This document shows, piece after piece, positions 1 to 8,105 of a DNA stretch of 64,000 bases. Position 1 is the stretch's first letter, and the number at the start of each line of letters is the position of its first letter. The stretch is from an uncultured Eubacteriales bacterium (GTDB lineage Bacteria > Bacillota > Clostridia > Oscillospirales > UBA644). The stretch spans positions 30,323-94,322 of the forward strand of contig CAKSFN010000009.1 in the NCBI GenBank assembly GCA_934454405.1, written 5' to 3'. The position numbers were made by a program, and so were the translations under genes. Below the pieces are notes generated by a model. The model was not told the DNA's origin. It saw only the letters and a list, made by a program, of their open reading frames with translations, and ran no database searches.

Positions 1-490
1 CTTCGGGGAAGATCTTAAAGCCGTTGCCGGAGCGCGCAGTGTAGGGTGCAAACGAATAAACCTGACATTCCTTGCCCGTCAGTTTCGCTTTACGTGCGTT
101 CATCGGGTCAAAGCATACCTGAACACAGTCCATTGCGTTGATAACATTCGCGGCAACGGGAAATGCAAAGGATTGCGTTGAGTCCTTGATTTCCCAAAGG
201 AAATAAAAACCGCCGCCGTTTCCTTCTGTCCAAACGACTTTAACCGTGCCTGTTGCGCCGTTGGAAGAACTCTGCGCCCAACCGCCGTTTTTCTTCACCG
301 CAGAGGGGGAGAGGTCGATTGTGAGAGCTTTTTTCCAAGCCGCGTCATTCGCGCTGCCGTCTACCTTGGGCGCTGTTGTTGCAAGGGGAATGTTGTACGA
401 AGGAGTCGCCGCTTCGGAAGCGAAGACGAACGTAAACATACTGAATACAACCGCAACAACCATCACAAGGCTGAGTATTGTTTTTTTCAT
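1..490 (-). CDS. Secreted CBM9/DOMON-like carbohydrate-binding protein; only the N-terminal part is present because the gene runs off the left window edge
   Basis: Absent from the ORF track because it has no stop in the window. Reverse-strand ATG at 490-488 follows GAAAGGTGG. The hand translation MKKTILSLVMVVAVVFSMFTFVFASEAATPSYNIPLATTAPKVDGSANDAAWKKALTIDL...VYSFAPYTARSGNGFKIFPE stays open to base 1. It has a signal peptide and is clearly paralogous to the 628-2190 product. Confidence 0.7.
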   Translation of the reverse strand, partial: MKKTILSLVMVVAVVFSMFTFVFASEAATPSYNIPLATTAPKVDGSANDAAWKKALTIDLSPSAVKKNGGWAQSSSNGATGTVKVVWTEGNGGGFYFLWEIKDSTQSFAFPVAANVINAMDCVQVCFDPMNARKAKLTGKECQVYSFAPYTARSGNGFKIFPE

Positions 491-627
491 GTGGTTTACC
501 ACCTTTCTATATTTACAAAATATAATATAGCAAAAAAGTTTGACGATGTAAAGCCTTTTTGCCGATAAATAACAGATTAATTACATATTATTCATTTTTG
601 TGGTATTTTTACCAATTCTTAAAAGCG

Positions 628-2190
628 TTATTTGTTCACTTTGTTTTTTGCCTCGCCGCCGTTCTTTCGGGACGAATGTTTTACAAGTGAGATTGCGATA
701 AACAGGATTATCAGAACGCAGATCGTTCCGCAGACCGCAACGATGCCTATAACGAGATATTCTTTTGTTCCGTATTCCGACGCGGGCGACGCGTGTTTGT
801 CTTCGGGAAGATTCTTTATCGCCTCGTTAAGCTCGTCATACGCCTTTTTGATGCGGTCTTTCTTCGGGTTTTGACCGGAAAGGATCTCCGTTGCCAGCTC
901 CGTTAATCTGTTGACCTCCGCAAGCTGCTCCTCCGAATACTTATTTGACAGATTTTTCGTGCTGTTTATCAATTCCGTCAGCTTTGCCATTTCGTCGGTC
1001 GTGTCCGTCTGCTCCGACGAAGAACCGAGGTCGTAATTCAGTTTAAGCCCCCGTATCGCGGATATCAGTGCTTCTTTTATTTCATCCTCGCTTTTTTTTG
1101 AATTTCCCTTAAGAAAATCCTTTGCCGCCAAAAACGCCTCGCTGTATATTTTCCACGTTTCGGCTGTGTAATCCGCGCTGTTGAGCATTTCGTCTTTTTT
1201 CATCAGCTCCTCAAGCGTCTCAGAAGGGTTCGCGATAACATCGTCGGGCTTTTCCGTGGTGTCCGTGTCGTTATCGGACGTCGTCGCGCCCGAAAAATCC
1301 GCAAGAATAAGCGTGTTATAATTTCGCGGATAGGCGCAGATATTTTCGTTTGTGGTTCTCGTGCCGTTTGAAAAATCCGTTGTCACGTTTACCAGAGTCT
1401 GATACTCCGAGGTGTCTTTGAGCGCGTCCTTTTTATAATCCGATATATATTCCGAATAGTTGAAGTCGTAATCGACAAGCAAAAAGCCTATTCCGATTTT
1501 TGTGCCTATCTTTGCTTCGGGTCTGCCCGTCAGTATCGCCAGCGCTTTCCATGGCAGATATGCCTCTATATCGTAGCCTTTCACTAACCATCTGCGTCCG
1601 CCGTCCTCGTCCTTTTCTGCGTTGAGCTTTGAAGAAACTCGAACCCCGAGAGACTCATTTCTTCCCACCCAGTATATATGCTCGTACCACGTCGCGCCGT
1701 CTTCGGGGTATACCTCAAACCCGTTTCCGGATCTGGATGTATAGGGGTCGAACGTATATATCATTACCGAATCTCTTGCTTTCGCTCTGCGCTGATACAT
1801 CGGGTCGATAACAAGCTGAACCGAATCCATCGCGTTGGGGTACGGCGAATCCTTGCCAAGCGCGAACGACTGCGTCTCGTCCGTGACGCTCCACGATATG
1901 TAAAGTCCGCCGCGGGTTTTGTCGTCGCTCCATAAAACCCTGACGGTCGCCTTCGCGTCGCTTGAGCCGAAAGGATTCATCGCCCAGCCGTTCGACGCTT
2001 TCGCATTAAGCGAATCAAGCTCGATTGTCAGGGCGCCTTCCCATTCTTTTTCGGTTATGTTTCCGTCTATCGTCGGAATCGTTTCCGCCTTCGGGCAATA
2101 GTATATGTTTGATTTCGCCGCGGAAGCCCCTGAAGCAAGCAACGAAAAAACAATTGCCGTACATATTATAAAAGCCGCCGTTTTTCGCAA
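628..2190 (-). CDS. Membrane-anchored surface protein with an N-terminal CBM9/DOMON-like module, helical repeat region and C-terminal TM anchor
   Basis: 520-aa ORF with a TTG start 9 nt after GGAGGAG. Signal peptide MRKTAAFIICTAIVFSLLASGASA. It has the IDG..EWEGALTIELD and PYTSRSGNGFEVYPEDG motifs shared with the upstream paralogue. C-terminal hydrophobic helix YLVIGIVAVCGTICVLIILFIAISLV is followed by a basic tail. Confidence 0.65.
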   Translation of the reverse strand: MRKTAAFIICTAIVFSLLASGASAAKSNIYYCPKAETIPTIDGNITEKEWEGALTIELDSLNAKASNGWAMNPFGSSDAKATVRVLWSDDKTRGGLYISWSVTDETQSFALGKDSPYPNAMDSVQLVIDPMYQRRAKARDSVMIYTFDPYTSRSGNGFEVYPEDGATWYEHIYWVGRNESLGVRVSSKLNAEKDEDGGRRWLVKGYDIEAYLPWKALAILTGRPEAKIGTKIGIGFLLVDYDFNYSEYISDYKKDALKDTSEYQTLVNVTTDFSNGTRTTNENICAYPRNYNTLILADFSGATTSDNDTDTTEKPDDVIANPSETLEELMKKDEMLNSADYTAETWKIYSEAFLAAKDFLKGNSKKSEDEIKEALISAIRGLKLNYDLGSSSEQTDTTDEMAKLTELINSTKNLSNKYSEEQLAEVNRLTELATEILSGQNPKKDRIKKAYDELNEAIKNLPEDKHASPASEYGTKEYLVIGIVAVCGTICVLIILFIAISLVKHSSRKNGGEAKNKVNK

Positions 2191-2237
2191 AACAAAAAAC
2201 TCCTCCGGATTCTCTTTCTTTTCACTTATATTTTAGC

Positions 2238-2280
2238 AGAAAAAGTGTCCGATGTAAATAGGCAATAAGTACATCGGACA
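2238..2280 (-). terminator. Rho-independent terminator downstream of mazF
   Basis: 11-bp inverted repeat tgtccgatgta (2246-2256) / tacatcggaca (2270-2280). On the reverse strand it is followed by a U-tract (plus-strand A-run 2240-2244). Confidence 0.7.
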
Positions 2281-2376
2281 AACAAAACGGTTATATTTTT
2301 TTGAACAATCGGTTACGGTATGGTGCAATTTGCACATACGTCCGATTTGTTTCATTTGGTTCGGAATTATTCCGTT

Positions 2377-2730
2377 TTACTGCGCGTCAAGCCCGAAGCT
2401 CACCGAAAGCGCGTGATCCACCTCGTTCATCGCCGTAGTATCGAGGTGTCCCATTTTTTCGCGAAGTCTTCGCTTGTCAAGCGTTCTGACCTGTTCGAGA
2501 AGTATTACGGAGTCCCGGCTCAGCCCGTAGTCCGCCGCGTCGACCCGAATATGCGTGGGAAGCTCTGTTTTGCCGAGTTTTGAAGTTATCGCCGCCGCGA
2601 TAACCGTCGGGCTGTGCTTGTTCCCGAGATCGTTCTGCACTATCAGAACGGGACGGACGCCCCCCTGTTCCGAGCCGACAACGGGGCTCAGATCCGCATA
2701 ATATATGTCCCCGCGTTTTATTTGCGTCAA
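2377..2730 (-). CDS. mazF: MazF/EndoA (PemK family) mRNA interferase toxin
   Basis: 117 aa. [50 protein letters not shown]...LPTHIRV...[18 protein letters not shown] is nearly collinear with B. subtilis EndoA as recalled. TTG start is preceded by GGGAGAG, and an in-frame TGA lies 9 nt upstream. Confidence 0.9.
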   Translation of the reverse strand: MTQIKRGDIYYADLSPVVGSEQGGVRPVLIVQNDLGNKHSPTVIAAAITSKLGKTELPTHIRVDAADYGLSRDSVILLEQVRTLDKRRLREKMGHLDTTAMNEVDHALSVSFGLDAQ

Positions 2731-2961
2731 GTGTTTTCACTCTCCCTTCGTGTTGTCTGCAACACTATTTTTGCACATAATCCTTCCGTTTAAACATCTT
2801 TATTATCAGAATATGTTTTTCTGCGAAAGACTGTTAACCCGTTCGGATTTTGCCGTGTTCGTCCGCGCCGTGACACGAATGGGAGCTCGGGCATAGTATG
2901 AAACTGAGGACGGCGAAAAAACGGGACGCCGCCCGAAAAAATACATAAGGAGGTAAATGGA

Positions 2962-3090
2962 ATGTTCCGTAATAATTACTATTTTTGGACGCTCATAGTC
3001 GCCGCGCTTATAATTTTCTGCGTCAACTCCGACAACTGCGGCTGCAACGCCTGCAATACCTGCAATTCCTGCAACGATTCCTGCTGCTGA
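2962..3090 (+). CDS. Unannotated 42-aa micro-protein with one TM helix and a Cys-rich (CNx)n tail
   Basis: AAGGAGG at 2947-2953 lies 8 nt before ATG 2962. Hand translation: MFRNNYYFWTLIVAALIIFCVNSDNCGCNACNTCNSCNDSCC, then TGA. It falls below the 60-aa ORF-track cutoff and is followed by hairpin 3104-3138. Confidence 0.6.
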   Translation: MFRNNYYFWTLIVAALIIFCVNSDNCGCNACNTCNSCNDSCC

Positions 3091-3103
3091 AAAACGGAAA
3101 AAA

Positions 3104-3138
3104 GTCGCCCGAAGACCTGTTTAAGGCCTTCGGGCGAC
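3104..3138. terminator. Hairpin between the convergent micro-ORF and tsaD (probably a bidirectional terminator)
   Basis: gtcgcccgaag (3104-3114) pairs with cttcgggcgac (3128-3138), giving an 11-bp GC-rich stem. Confidence 0.6.
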
Positions 3139-3210
3139 GCCCGTTTGATGTGACTGAAGAGATTAAGCCCCGCCGCGCGGGAAAAGCGTTCTCTCTGTGT
3201 CGGAGTATGA

Positions 3211-4233
3211 TTACCGTTTTTCTTCAAACGGGTTTTCTTCTATCGACATATTCGCGAACGCGTTCAGCGTTTCGTCCGCGGTATGCCCCGCAAGAAGCTC
3301 AAAATACCCCTGCGACGCTATCATCGCGGCATTGTCTCCGCAGTAGCGCAGATCGGGCATAAAAAGGCTGACGCCTTTTTCTTCGCATTCTTTTTCAAGC
3401 CGCCTTCTCAACGTTCCGTTTGCCGCGACGCCGCCCGCAAGAACCAGCTTTTTGTTGAAACGCGCCGCCGCCTTTGTCGCATTGTCCGCCAGCACCTCCG
3501 TGACCGCCGCCGAAAACGAAGCCGCCACGTCGTGGACGTTTATTTCCGTCCCCGTCTGCTGCGCGTTGTGAACATAGTTTATAACCGCCGTTTTAATGCC
3601 GCTGAAACTGAAATCAAACTCGTTATCCGCAAAATGCGTGCGCGGAAATCTTATCGCGTTCGGGTTGCCCGTCGCCGCCGCTTTTTCGACTTTCGGACCT
3701 CCCGGATAACCGAGTCCGATAACTCTTGCCACTTTGTCAAAGCTCTCTCCCGCCGCGTCGTCGCGTGTCTTGCCCACGACCGTAAAAGTGGTGCGGTTTC
3801 CCACGTTTACTATATGAGAGTGCCCTCCCGAGACCACCAGCGCGGTGAAAGGTGGAGTTAAAGTGGGGTTTGTCAGATAGTTTGCGGCGATATGTCCCCG
3901 CAAATGATGAACCGGCACGATCGGCTTGCCTGCGGCGAGCGCGAGGCTTTTGCCGAAATTGACGCCGACGAGCAGCGCGCCGATAAGCCCCGGCGCATAG
4001 GTGACGGCTATCGCGTCGATATTTTGTATTCCGCCGACCGGCTCCAGAGCCTTTGCGACGAGCGAGGAGATCGCCTCGACATGGCACCTCGACGCAATTT
4101 CCGGGACGACCCCTCCGTAAAGCGTATGTATGTCTATCTGCGAAACGACCTCGTTTGATATGACCTTCACGCCGTTTTCGACGACCGCCGCCGCCGTTTC
4201 GTCACATGAACTTTCAATCCCCAAGACAAGCAT
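3211..4233 (-). CDS. tsaD: tRNA N6-adenosine threonylcarbamoyltransferase TsaD
   Basis: 340 aa. MLVLGIESSCDETAAAVV..., HHLRGHI and SGGHSH motifs are typical of Kae1/TsaD. Confidence 0.95.
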   Translation of the reverse strand: MLVLGIESSCDETAAAVVENGVKVISNEVVSQIDIHTLYGGVVPEIASRCHVEAISSLVAKALEPVGGIQNIDAIAVTYAPGLIGALLVGVNFGKSLALAAGKPIVPVHHLRGHIAANYLTNPTLTPPFTALVVSGGHSHIVNVGNRTTFTVVGKTRDDAAGESFDKVARVIGLGYPGGPKVEKAAATGNPNAIRFPRTHFADNEFDFSFSGIKTAVINYVHNAQQTGTEINVHDVAASFSAAVTEVLADNATKAAARFNKKLVLAGGVAANGTLRRRLEKECEEKGVSLFMPDLRYCGDNAAMIASQGYFELLAGHTADETLNAFANMSIEENPFEEKR

Positions 4234-4690
4234 TTTTCTGCAACTCCGTTATCATTTCCAAGCCGTCCTCGACAGGCTTTGCGTATAGTTTTTTTCTTGT
4301 TCCGACCGCCCTGAAACCGAGCTTTTCATAAAGTGCGATCGCCGCCACGTTTGACGCCCTGACTTCGAGCGAAACTTTTTCGACGCCCTCGCTTTTTTTC
4401 TCCGCAAGCACCGCTTTGAGAAGCGTTTTTGCGTAGCCATTCCTTTTTTCGGCGGAGGCGACCGAATTTATCTGCAATTCGGGAAAAACTCCGGCCGTTG
4501 CGACATGGCAGACAACTTCACCGCCCCTTTCGCAAACGTAAAGCCCGAAATGCGTCGAGGCAAGTGAGTTTTTTATCATTTTTTCGCTCATCGGCTCCGA
4601 AAAGTTTTCCGCTTCGGTTTTTGCGACCTGTTTTATCGCCGGGTCGCTTTCCTCGGTTATTCTTCGAGTCCGAATCTCTTTTTCAGACAT
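4214..4690 (-). CDS. rimI: Ribosomal-protein-alanine N-acetyltransferase RimI (GNAT)
   Basis: GNAT fold motif (RNGYAKTLLKAVL...GVEKVSLEVRASNVAAIALYEKLGF). It overlaps the tsaD start, which is the usual rimI-tsaD context. Start chosen at MSEKEIR (AAAGGA 8 nt upstream); the ORF-track start at 4711 is possible. Confidence 0.8.
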   Translation of the reverse strand: MSEKEIRTRRITEESDPAIKQVAKTEAENFSEPMSEKMIKNSLASTHFGLYVCERGGEVVCHVATAGVFPELQINSVASAEKRNGYAKTLLKAVLAEKKSEGVEKVSLEVRASNVAAIALYEKLGFRAVGTRKKLYAKPVEDGLEMITELQKNACLGD

Positions 4691-5088
4691 TCGTTTATCC
4701 TTTCGGCGCATTTTTCATAGACTTCGGCGTCTCCGCCGTACGGGTCGGGGACGTCTTTTCCGCTCGGATCGAAAAGTTCCGTTTTCGATTCAAGCTCGGG
4801 GCGGCTCAAAACGAGCAGCTTTAAGTGATCCGCCGTCATCGCGTATATTCTGTCCGCTTCGGAAACCGCTTTAAGCGTCAGCGGCGTTGAAATATGACCT
4901 TCAAGCGTCGCGCCGTATTTCCCGACCGCTTTTTTTGCGTTTTCGCTTGCGGGCGAATGTCCGTCCGCGAACAGCCCCGCGCTGTCAACTTCAAAATCAA
5001 GCCCGTTGTCCTTTATCATTTTTTCCGCAAGTGCCTGCGCCATTGCGCTTCGACAGGTGTTACCCGTGCAAACAAAGAGAATTTTCAT
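4657..5088 (-). CDS. Low-molecular-weight protein tyrosine/arginine phosphatase (YwlE-like)
   Basis: 143 aa with the MKILFVCTGNTCRSAMAQAL CX5R(S) P-loop and DPYGG. Confidence 0.9.
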   Translation of the reverse strand: MKILFVCTGNTCRSAMAQALAEKMIKDNGLDFEVDSAGLFADGHSPASENAKKAVGKYGATLEGHISTPLTLKAVSEADRIYAMTADHLKLLVLSRPELESKTELFDPSGKDVPDPYGGDAEVYEKCAERINECLKKRFGLEE

Positions 5089-5101
5089 TTCACATCTCCG
5101 A

Positions 5102-7636
5102 TTATTTTGATTCGTACCATGTTTTGCCCGCGTTTACGTCAACGAGCAGGGGAACGGAAAGCTTTGCCGCGTGTTCCATTTCGTATTTGAGCAGATCTCT
5201 TATTTCTTTTTCCTTTTCGACGGGCGCTTCGACTATCAGTTCGTCGTGTATCTGCAATATGAGCCTTGCCCCCGTGCCCGATTTTTCGAGCCTGTCGAAA
5301 ACGCGAACCATCGCAAGCTTTATCAGATCTGCGGCGGTGCCCTGAATGGGCGTGTTGCGGCAGACTCTTGAAGCGAACGCCTGCAGCTGCCTGTTTTTGG
5401 CGTTTATGTCGGGAACATACCTGCGCCTTGCGAACATTGTTTCGACATAGCCCTTTTCTTTTGCGCTTTCGATAATTCCGTCCATATATTTTTTAACGCC
5501 GCTGTATGTGCGGAAATAGTTTTCGATATAGTTTTTGGCTTCTCTGAAAGATACTCCTATATCCTGCGAAAGGGAATATTCTCCTATGCCGTAAACTATG
5601 CCGAAATTGACCGCCTTCGCGCGTCTTCTGAGCTCGGGCGTCACCATCGCTTCGGGCAATCCGAAAACCTGCGCCGCCGTCGCCGTGTGTATGTCCCTGT
5701 TTTCGATGAACGCGCGTTTCATATTTTCGTCGTTTGCTATATGCGCAAGCACGCGCAGCTCAATCTGCGAATAGTCGGCGTCGATGAGAATATATCCGTC
5801 CCTTGCCTCGAACGCTTTTCTGAGCTGTCTGCCGAGCTCCGTTCTTACGGGAATGTTCTGCAGGTTCGGTTCTGTCGAACTGATCCTCCCCGTTTGCGTG
5901 ACCGTCTGAGTGAAAACGGTGTGTATTCTGCCGTCCTCGCCGATTTTTTTCAGAAGTCCGTCTATATATGTGGATTTGAGCTTTGAAAGTTTTCTGTATT
6001 CTATAACATTGTCGATTATCGGGTCTTCGCACGCGTCTCTGACCTTTTCGAGAATGTCGTTTGCCGTTGAATATCCCGTTTTCGTCTTTTTGCCCTTCGG
6101 ATAGGGCAGACGCATCTCGTCGAACAGCACCGCCGCAAGCTGCTTTGTTGAATTGATATTGAATTCGTGTCCCGCGTAAAGGTATATCGCCGCCGTACAG
6201 TCCGCTATCTCCGTGTCGAGTTTTTCGCCGAAGTTTTTCAGGAACTCCGTGTTTACCTCAAAACCGTCATGCTCCATGTTTGCAAGTACGGAGCAGAGCG
6301 GAAGTTCAATATCTCTGTAAAGCGCTGTTTGCCCGTTTTGTTCAAGTCTTGCTTCGAGATATCCTTCGACTTCGGGCAGATAGTAGCATTGCTCCGCTGC
6401 GGTGAGCGCGGAAACCGAAGAGCTTTCCTCTATCATTTCCGAAAGCGGATATTCGGAACGCGACGGGTTGAGAATATATCCCGCCAGCATAGTGTCGAAT
6501 TCAAGCGTTGCGGAGTATCCCGCCGCAAGAAGCTTTTTCAGCAGCGGCTTTCCGTCATGCGTGACTATCCGTTTGCCGTTTAACGCTTTAAGTGTTCTTT
6601 CGTTCAGCTCCGTGACGGAGACCCCGCCGTTCGTTTTTACGGCAAGCGTCTGTTCGTCGCAAAGAACAAAGAGCCTTTCTCCCGAGAGGCAGGCCGTGTC
6701 CGAGACCGCCGATACTTCAACCGCCGACGCTCTGATTTCTTTTTTCGCCTCCGCCGCGGCCGCCGCGTTTTCGTCCAGCCCGTAAAGCCTGATTATCCTT
6801 TTCAGGTCGTATTTCCGAAGCAGCGCAAGAAACTCTTCTTCGTTCATTTTCGGCGGCTGTATGTCTTTTTCCGTAATGTCGAGCAGGTCGCTTTTTCTGA
6901 TTATCCGTCCGAGTTCTCTTGACATAAACGCGCTGTCTCTTCCGTTTTCGAGCTTCGTTTTCAGCGCGCCCTTTATATTTTCGATATTGTCGTAAACGCC
7001 ATCAAGCGTTCCGTACTCTTTCAGCAGCGATACAGCCGTTTTTTCTCCTACGCCGGGAACTCCCGGTATATTGTCCGAAGAGTCGCCCATAAGCGCCTTG
7101 AGATCTATCAGGCTGTCTGTGCCAAGCCCGTATTTTTCCCTGATTTCCGCGGGAGTGTATATCTCGTCCTGCGTTCCGCCCTGTTTTGTTGTCGCAAGCT
7201 TGACGGTCACGTTTTCGTCGGCAAGCTGGAACGCGTCGCGGTCGCCGGTTATTATTATGCATTTTTCGCCGTCGTCCGAGCATTCGCGGCTGAGTATTCC
7301 TATAATATCGTCCGCTTCAAGTCCTTCTCGCTCTATTCTGACTATTCCGAGCGCGTCGAGCATCTGCTTGATTATCGGGAACTGCTCTCGAAGCTCCTCC
7401 GGCATGGGTTTGCGTCCCGCCTTGTAGTCTCTGAAAAGCTCGTGTCTGTACGTCGGCGCTTTCAGGTCGAACGCCGCCGCAACGCGGCACTCTCCCTCTT
7501 CTTTCATGTGTCTGTGCAGCGTTGTCAGAAAGCCGTAAAGCGCGTTTGTGTTGACGCCTTCCGAATTGGTCAGCGTTCTTATGCCGTAAAACGCGCGGTT
7601 CATTATGCTGTTGCCGTCGATGACGAGAAGTTTCAT
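5102..7636 (-). CDS. polA: DNA polymerase I
   Basis: 844 aa. It has an N-terminal 5'-3' exonuclease (LLVIDGNSIMNRAFY, GVPGVGEKTA) and family A polymerase motifs (DYSQIELRVLAH, RRRAKAVNFGIVYG, QIHDELIVE). Confidence 0.97.
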   Translation of the reverse strand: MKLLVIDGNSIMNRAFYGIRTLTNSEGVNTNALYGFLTTLHRHMKEEGECRVAAAFDLKAPTYRHELFRDYKAGRKPMPEELREQFPIIKQMLDALGIVRIEREGLEADDIIGILSRECSDDGEKCIIITGDRDAFQLADENVTVKLATTKQGGTQDEIYTPAEIREKYGLGTDSLIDLKALMGDSSDNIPGVPGVGEKTAVSLLKEYGTLDGVYDNIENIKGALKTKLENGRDSAFMSRELGRIIRKSDLLDITEKDIQPPKMNEEEFLALLRKYDLKRIIRLYGLDENAAAAAEAKKEIRASAVEVSAVSDTACLSGERLFVLCDEQTLAVKTNGGVSVTELNERTLKALNGKRIVTHDGKPLLKKLLAAGYSATLEFDTMLAGYILNPSRSEYPLSEMIEESSSVSALTAAEQCYYLPEVEGYLEARLEQNGQTALYRDIELPLCSVLANMEHDGFEVNTEFLKNFGEKLDTEIADCTAAIYLYAGHEFNINSTKQLAAVLFDEMRLPYPKGKKTKTGYSTANDILEKVRDACEDPIIDNVIEYRKLSKLKSTYIDGLLKKIGEDGRIHTVFTQTVTQTGRISSTEPNLQNIPVRTELGRQLRKAFEARDGYILIDADYSQIELRVLAHIANDENMKRAFIENRDIHTATAAQVFGLPEAMVTPELRRRAKAVNFGIVYGIGEYSLSQDIGVSFREAKNYIENYFRTYSGVKKYMDGIIESAKEKGYVETMFARRRYVPDINAKNRQLQAFASRVCRNTPIQGTAADLIKLAMVRVFDRLEKSGTGARLILQIHDELIVEAPVEKEKEIRDLLKYEMEHAAKLSVPLLVDVNAGKTWYESK

Positions 7637-7666
7637 TGTTCTTCCTCTTAAAAATGTTTATTATTT

Positions 7667-7695
7667 ATAGTAACATTATTATTTTGAATTGTCAA
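7667..7695 (-). promoter_or_regulatory. Sigma-A type promoter for polA
   Basis: Reverse strand reads TTGACA (7695-7690), 17 nt spacer, TACTAT (7672-7667), with TGt directly upstream of the -10. Confidence 0.55.
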
Positions 7696-7989
7696 GCAAA
7701 TATTTACAAACAAAACCTTTGTCGCGCGTATTCCGCCGCAAAACCCCGAATAAAAGCCTCCGCCGCGCGGTAATACGCCGTATTCGAAGCTTTTTGCAAC
7801 GAAATACATCCGCTTTTCGGACAATGCAAGCCTTTCCGAGCCGTTCCGACCGCAGTTTCGGGCGAATTGTGGGGAAAGACGGAGCATTTTATCGTAAAAT
7901 GGGGCGCATTCCCACGTTGATTTGTTGAAAATAAACAATATCACGCGTTAATATCACGATATATTTGGCAAGAAACTTTGTTAAACCCC

Positions 7990-8018
7990 TTGCAAAAGTG
8001 TTCGATTTATATTATAAT
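7990..8018 (+). promoter_or_regulatory. Sigma-A promoter of the dcw operon (PmraZ)
   Basis: TTGCAA (7990-7995), 17 nt spacer, TATAAT (8013-8018). Confidence 0.7.
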
Positions 8019-8026
8019 ATTGTCAA

Positions 8027-8043
8027 GTGGAGCGAAGGTGGAG
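8027..8043 (+). promoter_or_regulatory. Putative MraZ operator: two direct GTGGAG boxes
   Basis: GTGGAG at 8027-8032 and 8038-8043 (11-bp phasing), immediately downstream of the -10. This resembles the repeated GTGG-type MraZ boxes reported upstream of mraZ in other bacteria. Confidence 0.45.
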
Positions 8044-8105
8044 AAAAAAGGATTGAAATAACACTGCGTTCCCAAAAATATTTGAGGAAACGGAGGCGGA
8101 ACAAT

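Noticed and set aside
2790-2894. 34-codon reverse-strand ORF as a candidate MazE antitoxin
   Set aside because: It has no Shine-Dalgarno sequence. It ends about 60 nt before mazF rather than abutting it, and its sequence (MPELPFVSRRGRTRQNPNG...) has no RHH, AbrB or MazE character.
7648-7944. 98-aa (-) and 79-aa (+) ORFs in the polA-mraZ spacer
   Set aside because: They overlap each other on opposite strands. They have no RBS and give basic, low-complexity translations, and the reverse ORF would run through the polA promoter.
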